Shown here one piece after another: positions 30,501 through 40,690 of a stretch of 64,000 nt of DNA. The stretch covers positions 35,976-99,975 of the forward strand of contig CAYIWY010000004.1 of the NCBI GenBank assembly GCA_964367355.1, written 5' to 3'. The position numbers were made by a program, and so were the translations under genes. The stretch comes from an uncultured Gammaproteobacteria bacterium (GTDB lineage Bacteria > Patescibacteriota > Microgenomatia > Woykebacterales > RBG-16-39-9b). How positions within the stretch are numbered: position 1 is the stretch's first letter; the number at the start of each line of letters is the position of its first letter. Under the pieces are notes generated by a model. The model saw only the letters and a list, made by a program, of their open reading frames with translations. It was not told the DNA's origin and made no database searches.

Positions 30501-32582
30501 ATGTCTCCAAGATTCAAATCAAAACGTGAAACATTCAAGATTTCAGAAAACAGTAAAGATTTGCAATTAGATTTTCAAAAAAATTATTCCAAGACTAATT
30601 TTTTGGTTGAGTTGATGCATAAATTAAACGCCGCCAAGAGTGAGGATCATTTACTTAAGTTGACTGCTGAGGCTTGTTTTAAAATTTTTGATATTGACGG
30701 TATTGCTGTCTTTTTCCCAGATAAGGAAAAAAAATTTCTTGTGGCGAAAATCATTCAAGGAATAGAAAAAAATCGGTTAATTAAAGCACAGAGGCTAGTA
30801 CTCTTCAAAAAAATGCCGCTTGAAGCTAACTATTCAGTTGCAAAGGCCTATATTAGTAAGAAGATTGCTATAGTCCAAAGTACCTTAACGCCCTCTTTAA
30901 AGAAGGTTGGCATAAAAACCGTAATTGCACTACCAATGGTGGTGAACAATGAATCGCTAGGTGTATTAGCCTTGGGTTTTGGGAGAAAAGCTGCTCCTAA
31001 TGAAAGCGACCAGCGAACCGGAGAGATGTTGGCAACCCACCTCGCAACTAGTATTTACAATTTAACATTAGTTTCCTCACTTAAAACTCAAAATGAATGG
31101 TTACAGATCGTCCAAGAGAATATCAGGGAAGGTTTTTCGTTGATTGGGCCGGATGATGTAATTTATTACACCAACAAAACTGTAGCTAAACTATTCGGGA
31201 CTAAGGGAAATATAGTGGGAATGAAACGTGACGAAATTGTTAAACATTGGAACAAATTACACCGCTTCCGAGTTGAGCGGTTTTTCGAAAGTAGTGATTT
31301 AAAAAAAGTGATTTTTGAAAAAAAAGAGCCTTTTCTTGGCGGCTTAATGAAAGTTTATTCAAACCCGCCAAGGTTTGTTGAAGCAAACTATTATCCTGTA
31401 ATGCAAAACAAAAAATTATTAGGTATGGCCGCTTCTTATCGTGACGTGACCAAGGAAAAAAAGCAAGAGGTAGTACTTGAGGAACAAATGCAAATCCTAG
31501 AGACTGAAAAGGAACGTTTTGAAGCGATTGTCAGTAATGTTGAAGAGGGTATTTGTCTAGTCGACAGCAGTTTGCGAATTTTGCATATGAATAGTGCTTG
31601 CGAAAATACATCTGGGTGGGGTTTAGAGGAAGCAAGGGGTGAGTATTACTATAAAGTTTTTCGTTGCCACACAAAATTAGGGCTTTACTATCCGGACTTT
31701 TCCCCGATTGAGAAGGTTTTGATTACCAAAGAGCCGACAGTTTACGAAGAGTATTTACAACACAACCGTGAGGGTGACGAGTTTTGGGTTGGAGTTAGTG
31801 CTTCTCCCATTTTGAATTCGCTTGGAGAAGTGAGCGAAATAGTTTTGGTAATTCGTGACATATCTTCTCTGAAAGAGGTTGAGAAAGCAAAAAGTGAATT
31901 TGTTTCAATTGCTTCTCACGAGCTACGGACCCCACTAACGGTTGTTAACGGCTACCTTTCCTTACTTCGAGATGGCGATCTTGGGGATTTTACTACACAA
32001 GAGTCCCGCACTCGTTTGGGTGAAATTTTGGAAAAAGTCTCCAATGAAACTACTCGATTGACTCATTTAGTGAGTGATCTACTGAATGTTTCCCGAATTG
32101 AGGAAAATCGAATTGTTCTTAATAGAAAAAGTCAGGAGTTAACAGGTGTAATTGAAAATGTTGTTGAAGAAATGAGAATAGGAGCTATGAGGAAAAAAAT
32201 AAAGCTTTATTACAAAAAAGCTCAAGGTGAGCAAATTTATGCAAACTTTGATTTTGATAAAATTTGTCAAGTGATTATAAATTTAATTGATAATTCAATG
32301 AAATTTACACCAGGAGGAGGAGAAATAATTATTAATTCATGGCAAGAAGACAGTCGTGTTTTTGTTGAAGTAGCGGACAACGGAAGCGGAATACCTCACA
32401 AACTTTTACCGGTTGTCTTTGAAAAGTTTCAACAAGTACCCGGTAGTTATCTGAAGGAAAATCGGGGAACAGGACTGGGGCTTTTTATCGTTAAGTCGCT
32501 TGTAGATCTTCATGGCGGTGACATTAATATTGAGTCAGAAGTCGGGAAAGGTACAAAAGTTACTTTTAGTGTTCCAACTTAA
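30501..32582 (+). CDS. sensor histidine kinase with GAF/PAS-like input domains
   Basis: H-box FVSIASHELRTPLTVVNGY and HATPase_c motifs (NLIDNSMKF, GTGLGL). Confidence 0.85.
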   Translation: MSPRFKSKRETFKISENSKDLQLDFQKNYSKTNFLVELMHKLNAAKSEDHLLKLTAEACFKIFDIDGIAVFFPDKEKKFLVAKIIQGIEKNRLIKAQRLVLFKKMPLEANYSVAKAYISKKIAIVQSTLTPSLKKVGIKTVIALPMVVNNESLGVLALGFGRKAAPNESDQRTGEMLATHLATSIYNLTLVSSLKTQNEWLQIVQENIREGFSLIGPDDVIYYTNKTVAKLFGTKGNIVGMKRDEIVKHWNKLHRFRVERFFESSDLKKVIFEKKEPFLGGLMKVYSNPPRFVEANYYPVMQNKKLLGMAASYRDVTKEKKQEVVLEEQMQILETEKERFEAIVSNVEEGICLVDSSLRILHMNSACENTSGWGLEEARGEYYYKVFRCHTKLGLYYPDFSPIEKVLITKEPTVYEEYLQHNREGDEFWVGVSASPILNSLGEVSEIVLVIRDISSLKEVEKAKSEFVSIASHELRTPLTVVNGYLSLLRDGDLGDFTTQESRTRLGEILEKVSNETTRLTHLVSDLLNVSRIEENRIVLNRKSQELTGVIENVVEEMRIGAMRKKIKLYYKKAQGEQIYANFDFDKICQVIINLIDNSMKFTPGGGEIIINSWQEDSRVFVEVADNGSGIPHKLLPVVFEKFQQVPGSYLKENRGTGLGLFIVKSLVDLHGGDINIESEVGKGTKVTFSVPT

Positions 32583-32626
32583 GTTTGCAACAGGGACTTA
32601 TACTTGGTAAAATCTCTTAGCTACAT

Positions 32627-33007
32627 ATGAACGACACTCTTAAAGTTTTACTAATCGAAGATGAAAAAGAGGTGGCTGAACTCTACCGCTTGAAACTAAG
32701 TCTTGATGGCTACAACGTTTTTGTTGCAGCAGATGGGGAGAGTGGTTTGAAGAAAGCGATTGAGGAAAAACCAGACCTAGTTTTTTTGGATATCAAAATG
32801 CCTGGTATGGATGGTTTTGAGGTTTTGAAACATTTACGCAAAAACGATGTTACAAAAAAGATTCCAATTGTAATTCTTTCCAATTTTGACGAGCAAGAAA
32901 TGATCGAGAAGAGCTTAGCGTTGGGGGCTAATGAATATTTGATAAAATCACAGTTCAATCCTAGTGAACTATCCGCCAAAACCAAAAACTGGTTTAAAAA
33001 AGAGTAA
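32627..33007 (+). CDS. single-domain response regulator (receiver)
   Basis: VLLIEDE...LVFLDIKMPGMDGF...KSQFNP. Confidence 0.85.
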   Translation: MNDTLKVLLIEDEKEVAELYRLKLSLDGYNVFVAADGESGLKKAIEEKPDLVFLDIKMPGMDGFEVLKHLRKNDVTKKIPIVILSNFDEQEMIEKSLALGANEYLIKSQFNPSELSAKTKNWFKKE

Positions 33008-33019
33008 GTTATCAAAATA

Positions 33020-34921
33020 ATGAAAGCTAAATTCTTAAAAATAGTTTCTGCGCTGCTATTTTTTTCTGTTCTTTTAACACCAGTGTCTTTGATCCCAAAA
33101 GCACAGGCAGCCTCACAATTTTCAGTTAGTTTAGATTATTCTTTTACTTTTCAAGACAATGGAGTAGCGAATGTCAGCCAAAAGGTTACGAGCAAAAATT
33201 TAACTAAGGATTATTTCACACAAAAATATAGTACTACCATACACAACAAAAACGTCACCAATGTTTCCGGTTCGGACGGTTCGGGAAGTATTGCTGTAAC
33301 TAGCGAAGTTGTTAACGAGTCCACGGTTATAACTGCAGTACTGAAGCAGGAAGTAGTAGGTTTAAATGAATCGGTAACTTTCACTATCAACTATTCGACT
33401 GATTCATTTGCGATCAAACGGGGAAAAATTTGGGATGTTTCAATACCGCAAATAGAGACCAGTGAAAATGTTGCCAGCTATCAGGTCACAATTTCTGTGC
33501 CAGATAGTTTTGGAAAGTTGGTCAAAATCGCGCCGAATTCAGTTTCGCAAAGTGAGGCTGAGGGACACAAATCCTACGTTTTCACAAAGAATAGTTTAAA
33601 TAATTCCCGGATTGGCGCTTCTTTTGGAGATTATCAACAGTTTAAATTTACCTTGAAGTATCGTTATAAAAACACCAAGGTTTATGCCGTTAAAGCGACA
33701 ATTGCACTTCCTCCGGATACTGAATACCAGGCTTTATATTACAAAGATATTGATCCGCGACCCGTCGAACTTCGGACAGATTTTGATGGAAACTATCTGG
33801 CTGATTACATTATCAAACCTGGAAAAAAACTTGAGGTTATAGCAAGTGGGGATGTGAAAATCATCGATTCCAACACTCCGCTGCAAAAACCAAAAACTTG
33901 GACTGAAACAGATTTGGAAAAATTTACTAAAAGCGACAAGTATATTGAGGTAGACAATCGGCAAATTCAAAAGAAAGCTAAGGAATTAAAAAATATTGAT
34001 GAAATATATAACTTTGTTGTTTCAGCAGTCAAATACGATTTTACCCGCCTAGAAACCAATAAATACAATCGTCGCGGCGCACTAGCAACAATTAACCAAC
34101 CAGATAAATCTATCTGTGTTGACTTCGCTGATCTTTTTGTCGCACTAGCTCGGGCTAAAGGAATCCCTGCTCGCGGTTTGGTTGGTTATGGCTATTCGGA
34201 CGACACAAGCAAAAGACCAACTAAAATCGAAGGTTTGGTAAACTCAACCGTTTTACACGCTTGGGCGGAATACTATGATAAAAGCCAAAAGCGTTGGATC
34301 CAGGTCGATCCGACTTGGGGTTCGACTACAGGCGGAGTGGACTATTTTAACAGAATTGACACCAACCACTTTGTTTTCGTGATCAACGGCGTTTCCAGTA
34401 CTTTACCGATTCCAGCGGGTGGTTACAAAACTTCAGTCAATCAAACCGATGATGTCAGCGTAAAATTCTCCGATGAGAAGTTGTTTGAGAGCGCTATGCC
34501 AGATATTAGTTTGTCGCTTGAACAAATTGTTTCTGGATTCCCGGCAACAAGTAAACTTAAAATAACTAATAATTACGGTCGAGCTCTTTTTAATGCTGTC
34601 ATTGAAATCGAGAGCAGCAAAACCTTAAAGCTAATCAAGCCAAATAAAGTAACTATTGGAATCCTCCTACCTTTTGCGTCAAACTCTTACGATATTAAAC
34701 TAAGAAGTGATTCATTATTGGACAATCAAGTGGAAAATATTAAACTTAAATTTAGTGCCGTTGGTGATAAGGGTGAAACAGAAAAAAGACTGGCCAAGGA
34801 ACTGAAAATTAAGCCCTTTTTTAGTTTTCAAATCCCGCAAATAATGCTTTTGATTTTTTTAATCATTACTTTGACTTCTTGGGTTCATCACTTTCAAGTT
34901 AAACGCAAGCTTAAGGCTTGA
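33020..34921 (+). CDS. secreted transglutaminase-like cysteine protease family protein with C-terminal TM anchor
   Basis: Signal peptide, then the Cys-His-Asp core (ICVDFADLF, HAWAEYYD, QVDPTWG), then a C-terminal TM segment. Confidence 0.75.
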   Translation: MKAKFLKIVSALLFFSVLLTPVSLIPKAQAASQFSVSLDYSFTFQDNGVANVSQKVTSKNLTKDYFTQKYSTTIHNKNVTNVSGSDGSGSIAVTSEVVNESTVITAVLKQEVVGLNESVTFTINYSTDSFAIKRGKIWDVSIPQIETSENVASYQVTISVPDSFGKLVKIAPNSVSQSEAEGHKSYVFTKNSLNNSRIGASFGDYQQFKFTLKYRYKNTKVYAVKATIALPPDTEYQALYYKDIDPRPVELRTDFDGNYLADYIIKPGKKLEVIASGDVKIIDSNTPLQKPKTWTETDLEKFTKSDKYIEVDNRQIQKKAKELKNIDEIYNFVVSAVKYDFTRLETNKYNRRGALATINQPDKSICVDFADLFVALARAKGIPARGLVGYGYSDDTSKRPTKIEGLVNSTVLHAWAEYYDKSQKRWIQVDPTWGSTTGGVDYFNRIDTNHFVFVINGVSSTLPIPAGGYKTSVNQTDDVSVKFSDEKLFESAMPDISLSLEQIVSGFPATSKLKITNNYGRALFNAVIEIESSKTLKLIKPNKVTIGILLPFASNSYDIKLRSDSLLDNQVENIKLKFSAVGDKGETEKRLAKELKIKPFFSFQIPQIMLLIFLIITLTSWVHHFQVKRKLKA

Positions 34922-34950
34922 TACCCCTGACCTCGTGGTAAAATAGCCAC

Positions 34951-36207
34951 ATGAATTTGAATTTAAAAAAATTACCCTCAAATCCTGGTGTTTACCTTTT
35001 CAAAGATAAATTCGGAAAAATAATCTATGTCGGAAAAGCGATAAATCTAAAAAGTCGCGTGGGGAGTTATTTTCAAAAAAATCTCCAAAATGAGAAATCA
35101 AGAATTCTGGTTTCAGAGATAGTTGGGCTTGAAACCATTCGAGTACAGTCAGAAATCGAAGCGCTTTTGTTGGAAGTAAAACTAATTAAAAAATTTCAAC
35201 CCCAATTTAACGCTCAATTAAAGGACGACAAGGATTATCTTTATATTCTAGTTACTAAGGAGAAATACCCGGCGGTTATTACCGGAAGGAAGCAGGATTT
35301 AGGTAAGGCGAAACCTTATTTTGGTCCTTTCCCCAGTGCCAATGCAGCGAGAATAACCCTCAAAACCTTGAGAAGAATTTTACCGTTTCGGATCAATTGC
35401 ACACCGTTACAAAACAGAGCTTGTTTAGGTTATCATATTGGACTATGTCCAGGGGTGTGTGCTGGGAAAATTTCGGTTCAAGAATACGCAAAAATTATTA
35501 CTAGGATTAAAAAATTCCTGAACGGGGACAGTCAGCAGCTAATTTTTGAACTAGAGGGGGAAGTTAAAAAGCTTTCAAAAGAACTAGAATTTGAAAAAGC
35601 AGCCTTGATTCAGAACAAAATAAATTCAATCAAACATATTACTCAAAAAGTCGAATCAGTCGAAAAATACCTTAGCGGCCCTTCAATTTTGGAGTCAAAG
35701 TATCAATCCCAACTTGAGGGCTTAAAAAATGCACTTGATTTGAATAAAATACCAGAAAGAATCGAATGCTATGATATTTCCAATATTTCTGGTACCAGTT
35801 CTACCGGTTCGATGGTGGTTTTAACAGAAGGTCAGGTAACAAAGAGTGAATATCGCCGCTTTAAAATAAAAAAAGTTAAAGGTATAAATGATCCGGCAAT
35901 GATGAAAGAAGTTTTGGAGAGAAGATTTAGAAATAAATGGCAAAAGCCAGATTTGATAATTGTTGATGGTGGTAAACAACAGCTTTCAGCCGGATTGGAC
36001 GTACTAAATAAGTTTAATCTGCAAATTCCAATCTTTGGTTTAGCCAAAAAACTTGAGGAAATTTATATACCTGGTAAAAAGACCACCATCAGATTTAAGC
36101 CCAATTCACCAGCTCTTTTTTTGCTGCAACGTATTCGTGATGAAGCTCATCGGTTTGCAATAGGCTACCATCGACTCTTGCGCAGCAAAAGTTTTTTGCA
36201 AAAGTAG
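34951..36207 (+). CDS. uvrC: excinuclease ABC subunit C, shortened form lacking the C-terminal HhH region
   Basis: GIY-YIG domain (GVYLFKD...IIYVGKAINLKSRV), UVR motif, and RNase H-like endonuclease core ending in DEAHRFAIGYHR. 418 aa. Confidence 0.8.
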   Translation: MNLNLKKLPSNPGVYLFKDKFGKIIYVGKAINLKSRVGSYFQKNLQNEKSRILVSEIVGLETIRVQSEIEALLLEVKLIKKFQPQFNAQLKDDKDYLYILVTKEKYPAVITGRKQDLGKAKPYFGPFPSANAARITLKTLRRILPFRINCTPLQNRACLGYHIGLCPGVCAGKISVQEYAKIITRIKKFLNGDSQQLIFELEGEVKKLSKELEFEKAALIQNKINSIKHITQKVESVEKYLSGPSILESKYQSQLEGLKNALDLNKIPERIECYDISNISGTSSTGSMVVLTEGQVTKSEYRRFKIKKVKGINDPAMMKEVLERRFRNKWQKPDLIIVDGGKQQLSAGLDVLNKFNLQIPIFGLAKKLEEIYIPGKKTTIRFKPNSPALFLLQRIRDEAHRFAIGYHRLLRSKSFLQK

Positions 36208-36250
36208 TTTTGACTCTTCTTTTTTTTGCTGTTAGAATTTAGCTTAAAGT

Positions 36251-36652
36251 ATGAAAAAATATGCCCGCTCAATTGTAACCTCGCTACTAGCCTTTGGATT
36301 AGTTGCTTATTTTTATCCTGGTTTTAGTTATCACAACAACTATTACACACTTTTGTTAGCTGGGGGAATTTTTGCACTTTTGACAATTTTTGTTAAGCCA
36401 ATTTTAAAACTATTGTCCCTACCGTTTAATCTAATCACCTTTGGTCTGTTTAGTTTTTTCATAAATATAATTATTCTTTACAGCATTAGTTATTTTGTCC
36501 ATGATTTCAAAATAGTTGGCTTTCATTTTCCAGGCTTAACTTTGAGCGGTTTCTTCCTCCCGGCTTATGATCTGAATCAGTTAGTCTCAGCTTTGGTTGC
36601 TAGTGTTATCATCGGAATGTTCTCAACCTTTCTTCACTGGATTTTCAAATAA
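36251..36652 (+). CDS. membrane protein, phage-holin-4_2 (YvlD-like) family
   Basis: Four TM helices with the family's typical pattern. Called from architecture. Confidence 0.5.
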   Translation: MKKYARSIVTSLLAFGLVAYFYPGFSYHNNYYTLLLAGGIFALLTIFVKPILKLLSLPFNLITFGLFSFFINIIILYSISYFVHDFKIVGFHFPGLTLSGFFLPAYDLNQLVSALVASVIIGMFSTFLHWIFK

Positions 36653-36694
36653 GTTGCCTTATCCTGAGGGTGTGTGCTAATATATCCACTGTTT

Positions 36695-36922
36695 ATGATA
36701 GAAAAAATACTTTTAGTCGCCCAAGTAATAGTCGCCGTCGCACTGGTAACAACCATCATTCTCCAACAAAAAGGTAGTGGTGTGGGTGGGGTTTTTGGCG
36801 GGGGATCTGCAGTTTACAGAAGTCGTCGGGGAGCAGAAAAAATTATGCATTACGCAACTATAGTTTGTGCAATTCTTCTTGGTGTAATTTCACTTACCCT
36901 CGTTCTCTACGCTGCCAGATAG
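36695..36922 (+). CDS. secG: preprotein translocase subunit SecG
   Basis: ILQQKGSGVGGVFGGGS motif flanked by TM helices. Start chosen at the internal Met. Confidence 0.8.
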   Translation: MIEKILLVAQVIVAVALVTTIILQQKGSGVGGVFGGGSAVYRSRRGAEKIMHYATIVCAILLGVISLTLVLYAAR

Positions 36923-36950
36923 TTTTTACATACTTGCTATTAAGTATTTT

Positions 36951-38546
36951 ATGGCAAAAAAGTTTCGTTTTTTTTATCGCCTTACTTTCGCTCTAATTAA
37001 AAAAGAGTGGAAAAAGATTTCTCTTGTTTTGCTTTCTTTTAGCGTAATTTTAATTTTTCTGGTCTTTTTTAGCCAATTTGTACTGAGCGCAATTGCCAAT
37101 ACAACCGGCAAGGTAATCAAACCCTTATATGTAGAAGCCTTAGTCGGCAAACCAACGACTTTTAACCCATTGTTTAGTAAGACTGAAGCTGAAAAAGAGA
37201 TCAACAGTTTAGTTTTTCGCGGCTTGATAAAAATTTCTCCTGAGGGTTTGCCGGTTGGCGACCTGGCTGAAAAATATGAAATCAAGAATGACACTGAGTA
37301 CACATTTTATCTGAAAAAAGATGTCCGTTGGCAAGATGGTGCTAAATTTACTGCTGATGACGTGGTTTATACAATCCAAACTGGCCAAAATTCACTCTAC
37401 AATTCCGAAATTGAGGACACCTTTAGGGATGTTTCTGTAAATAAAAAGGACGATTATACGGTTGTCTTTCAACTGCAGGAAGCCTTCTCCCCGTTTTTAT
37501 CCGCGTTGACTGTTGGAATAATTCCGCGACACATAAAATTAACTGATTATCGTCCGATTGGAACAGGAGACTTTCGATTTGTGGAAATTAAAGATGGGCA
37601 TTCAATTTTGGAAGGAAATAAAGCTAGGATTAAATTTCAATACTATCCAACCACACAAACCGCAGAAACCGCAGTCAAACTTAGTCAAGTTCATGGTTTA
37701 CCAAATTATGGTTCTTTAGGGAACACCTTTAAGGGATGGTCGAATTTTCAAGTAAAAATCTCAACCTTAGCTTACCAAGAGGTTATGGCTTTTTTTAATC
37801 TAAAAGATGAGGTTTTGAAGGAAAAACTCGTTCGTCAAGCACTTTCCTTTGCAACACCAAAAGAAGAAATTTTGAATAATTCATTTGGAAAAAAAGGCAC
37901 AATTGCCTTTAATTCTCTTCCCAACCTCCCAACTTTTCAAAATAAAGCAGTGGAAAAATACCCTTACAATCTTGAAAAGAGCAGCACAATGTTAAACAAT
38001 GCTGGTTGGATTTTAAAAGACGACTTTCGTTACAAGGATAACAAAAAATTGACTCTGACTATAACAACGATTGATAATCCGGAGTTTGAGGATTCGGCGG
38101 TCAAAATGCGAAATTCTTTTCGAAAAGTTGGTGTCGATGCTGAGGTAATTATTGTTTCTGGATCAGAGCTGACAACTAAAATTGTTCCAAATCGTGATTT
38201 TTCGATACTATTAACTTCTCAGCTTTTAGACCCCGATCCTGACCAGTATGTTTTGTGGCACACAACACAAACAAAAGAATCCAATGTATCTGGAATTGCG
38301 ACTGCCAAGATCGATAAGTTGCTGGAAGACGGTCGAAAAACTGCTGACCAGAAAGTACGGTCCGAAAAGTACCAAGAGTTTACGCGAATACTCCTTGATG
38401 AAGAGCCGGCTATTTTTCTTTATTACCCTCGCTACGTCTGGTTGGTATCAAAGAGAATTCAAAATATCGACTTAAAGAATTTTCGAAGTTCTGCAGATAG
38501 GTTTCAAAGTATTGATAGGTGGGTTATTAATAAACCACTACTTTAG
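36951..38546 (+). CDS. ABC transporter substrate-binding protein, family 5 (peptide/nickel type)
   Basis: N-terminal TM anchor and the SBP_bac_5 pattern (EIKNDTEYTFYLKKDVRWQDGAKFTADDVVYT). Confidence 0.8.
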   Translation: MAKKFRFFYRLTFALIKKEWKKISLVLLSFSVILIFLVFFSQFVLSAIANTTGKVIKPLYVEALVGKPTTFNPLFSKTEAEKEINSLVFRGLIKISPEGLPVGDLAEKYEIKNDTEYTFYLKKDVRWQDGAKFTADDVVYTIQTGQNSLYNSEIEDTFRDVSVNKKDDYTVVFQLQEAFSPFLSALTVGIIPRHIKLTDYRPIGTGDFRFVEIKDGHSILEGNKARIKFQYYPTTQTAETAVKLSQVHGLPNYGSLGNTFKGWSNFQVKISTLAYQEVMAFFNLKDEVLKEKLVRQALSFATPKEEILNNSFGKKGTIAFNSLPNLPTFQNKAVEKYPYNLEKSSTMLNNAGWILKDDFRYKDNKKLTLTITTIDNPEFEDSAVKMRNSFRKVGVDAEVIIVSGSELTTKIVPNRDFSILLTSQLLDPDPDQYVLWHTTQTKESNVSGIATAKIDKLLEDGRKTADQKVRSEKYQEFTRILLDEEPAIFLYYPRYVWLVSKRIQNIDLKNFRSSADRFQSIDRWVINKPLL

Positions 38547-38860
38547 TAGGAAAAAGACCACGAAGTGCAAAGTGCCAAACAAGTTGTTTGTGCAAATGTT
38601 ATTCGTGGTCTCTTAGGTTGAACTTTCTAACGCTACTTTCCTTTTCTACGTCAGCCAATCTCCCTTTTAGTAAGCTTTAAACCTACAAGATTGTCTGACG
38701 TAGAAACAGTTCATCCGTTTCGTCTAAAGTCTACGTAAGACCACTTGTTAAAGCTCACTGTCCCTTTCAGGACACTAGTAGCGTTTGTGACGCAGGTGCT
38801 TTATAGCACAAAAAAGGCCGATAGTCAATTGTTTAGCTAGATGATATAATGAATTAATAC

Positions 38861-38936
38861 GCGCCCATAGCTCAGCGGATAGAGCAGGACGGTTCTAACG
38901 TCAAGGTCGGGGGTTCGAATCCCTCTGGGCGCGCCA
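38861..38936 (+). tRNA. tRNA-Arg (anticodon TCT)
   Basis: Cloverleaf folded by hand. Anticodon loop GTTCTAA, T-loop GGTTCGAATCC, encoded CCA. A TATAAT lies 10 nt upstream. Confidence 0.85.
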
Positions 38937-38983
38937 ACTACAAAAATTAAAGGACAGCCAAATAATTTAGCTGTCCTTGTTGT

Positions 38984-40123
38984 TTAGATTGTAAATCGAT
39001 CCTCAAGTGTATTAGCACCGGGCATGGAAAGTACTTCCGCATTTGCTGCTTTTACTCTCGGGTCGTCCAAATCTGGGGTGACACCGATGAAAAATTGGGC
39101 AACACCGGATGGGAGTATTGTCTGGGCCATTGTGGTCGTTTTGTCGACCTCGTGTTTGTCGAAACAACCAAGAACCTGAGCCAGTAATCCAACGATGTTT
39201 TCCGGCTCTGAAAATTCAAAACCAACCGCACCGCCGTTTAAGTCCCCGAGAACCCGGACAAGCCAGTCACTGATTGCAAGAACTTTATCCAAGGTTTCCT
39301 TTTCGATCATCTCCCGGGAACGCTTCATCTCCGCTGCAATTTGAGCAGTGTTTCCGTTCTTTATCATTTGCGATAAATCAGCAAAAACATCTGCTAAAGT
39401 ATCTACCAATTTGGGTCCGTCAGGATGGCTGGTAATGATTTCCGATACCACGTCCTGCTGACCTAGACTGCGGATTGCTCCAAAAGCTTGAAGTTTGGCA
39501 GGTGCGCCAGCAACCTTAAGCATCTGAGTTACATCGATGTTGGATCTTTGCCAGACCATACCGACTGCGACTGCCAATATCATTGGCAAGAGTTGTGACC
39601 CTTTAGTGAGAGCGTCGTGTTCCGCAATCGTTCTTTCGGCCAATTTTGCCTTTTTGGCCTCAAGCAGGTTAACCATCCAGGTTTTCCACCTAGGATTTAG
39701 CAATTCCTGTGGGAAACCAAAGACGATTGATTGTCCGTGTAATGACCGCACATTTGGCGCGATCATAAAATGGACAAAACCGGTGTCCACCCTAAACACT
39801 TTTAAGGTTTGCCACTCTAGTACGTTCCCGATTGGGAAATCGCGCACCTGCTGGATTGAGCTTCCATGCAACCATAAAGTATTGGGACAGGCATGGACGA
39901 CTAAACGTCGCATCGTGGGGGCAACATCTGCTAGCGGTAGGATCGAAAAAATGACAACGTCGGATTTGGCAATAACTTCTGCATTGCTCAAACCATCCGG
40001 GTCACTAATGTCTGATCCAATTACTTCAAGACCTGCTTCTCTGAACAGGGGCTCGTAAATGTTTCGAGCCATCTTTCCTTGATTACCGATGATTCCAACA
40101 ACTTTGGCAGGAAACATCCCCAA
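38984..40123 (-). CDS. prephenate/arogenate dehydrogenase-like NAD(P)-binding oxidoreductase
   Basis: N-terminal Rossmann GIIGNQGKMA and a TyrA-like C-terminal domain. Noticeably higher GC than its neighbours. Confidence 0.5.
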   Translation of the reverse strand: MGMFPAKVVGIIGNQGKMARNIYEPLFREAGLEVIGSDISDPDGLSNAEVIAKSDVVIFSILPLADVAPTMRRLVVHACPNTLWLHGSSIQQVRDFPIGNVLEWQTLKVFRVDTGFVHFMIAPNVRSLHGQSIVFGFPQELLNPRWKTWMVNLLEAKKAKLAERTIAEHDALTKGSQLLPMILAVAVGMVWQRSNIDVTQMLKVAGAPAKLQAFGAIRSLGQQDVVSEIITSHPDGPKLVDTLADVFADLSQMIKNGNTAQIAAEMKRSREMIEKETLDKVLAISDWLVRVLGDLNGGAVGFEFSEPENIVGLLAQVLGCFDKHEVDKTTTMAQTILPSGVAQFFIGVTPDLDDPRVKAANAEVLSMPGANTLEDRFTI

Positions 40124-40217
40124 ACCTCCTTCTTTCTTAGAATGTGTGGGGAGTATAACAGGATTTTTGACCTAAGTCAAAGCTATAGGGTAATAGTTTT
40201 TACAGGCGAAATATATT

Positions 40218-40293
40218 TGGTGAGCGACCTGGGACTCGAACCCAGAACCGATTGCTTAAGAGGCAATTGCTCTACCGATTGAGCTAGTCGCCC
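40218..40293 (-). tRNA. tRNA-Lys (anticodon CTT)
   Basis: The reverse complement folds as a cloverleaf with anticodon loop CTCTTAA and encoded CCA. A GC-rich perfect hairpin CCCGCCCGC...GCGGGCGGG lies immediately on its 5' side. Confidence 0.85.
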
Positions 40294-40356
40294 CCGCCCG
40301 CCAAGCAAGGCTAGCTTGCTAGGCGTTGCGGGCGGGCACGAAGCCCACCCACCAAG

Positions 40357-40602
40357 TTAAGTTTTTGATATTCTACTTTTTAAAAATCTCCTACCAAAGC
40401 CTGTTTTAAAATATTTCTCTCGTTTTATAGCATCATTCTGAACAAGACACGCTTCGTAATAAACTAGTTTCAAGGGCCGTCGATCTTTAGTTGAAGGAAC
40501 AAAACCGTGACTATGTTCTTCAAATCTTTCCTTCAGGTTACTTGTAAAGCCAATATAGAATTTACTATCTTTTTGACTTAGTAAAACGTACGTGAAGTAC
40601 AT
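40357..40602 (-). CDS. stand-alone GIY-YIG nuclease domain protein
   Basis: YFTYVLLSQKDSKFYIGFTSNLKERFEEH; 81 aa. Confidence 0.8.
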   Translation of the reverse strand: MYFTYVLLSQKDSKFYIGFTSNLKERFEEHSHGFVPSTKDRRPLKLVYYEACLVQNDAIKREKYFKTGFGRRFLKSRISKT

Positions 40603-40690
40603 CTGACCCTCATATTACCATTTTAAAGCTAATTTTTCAATTAATCTTTGTTGTTTCTTATGTTTTCAAAATATATTACACTGTTATTTC

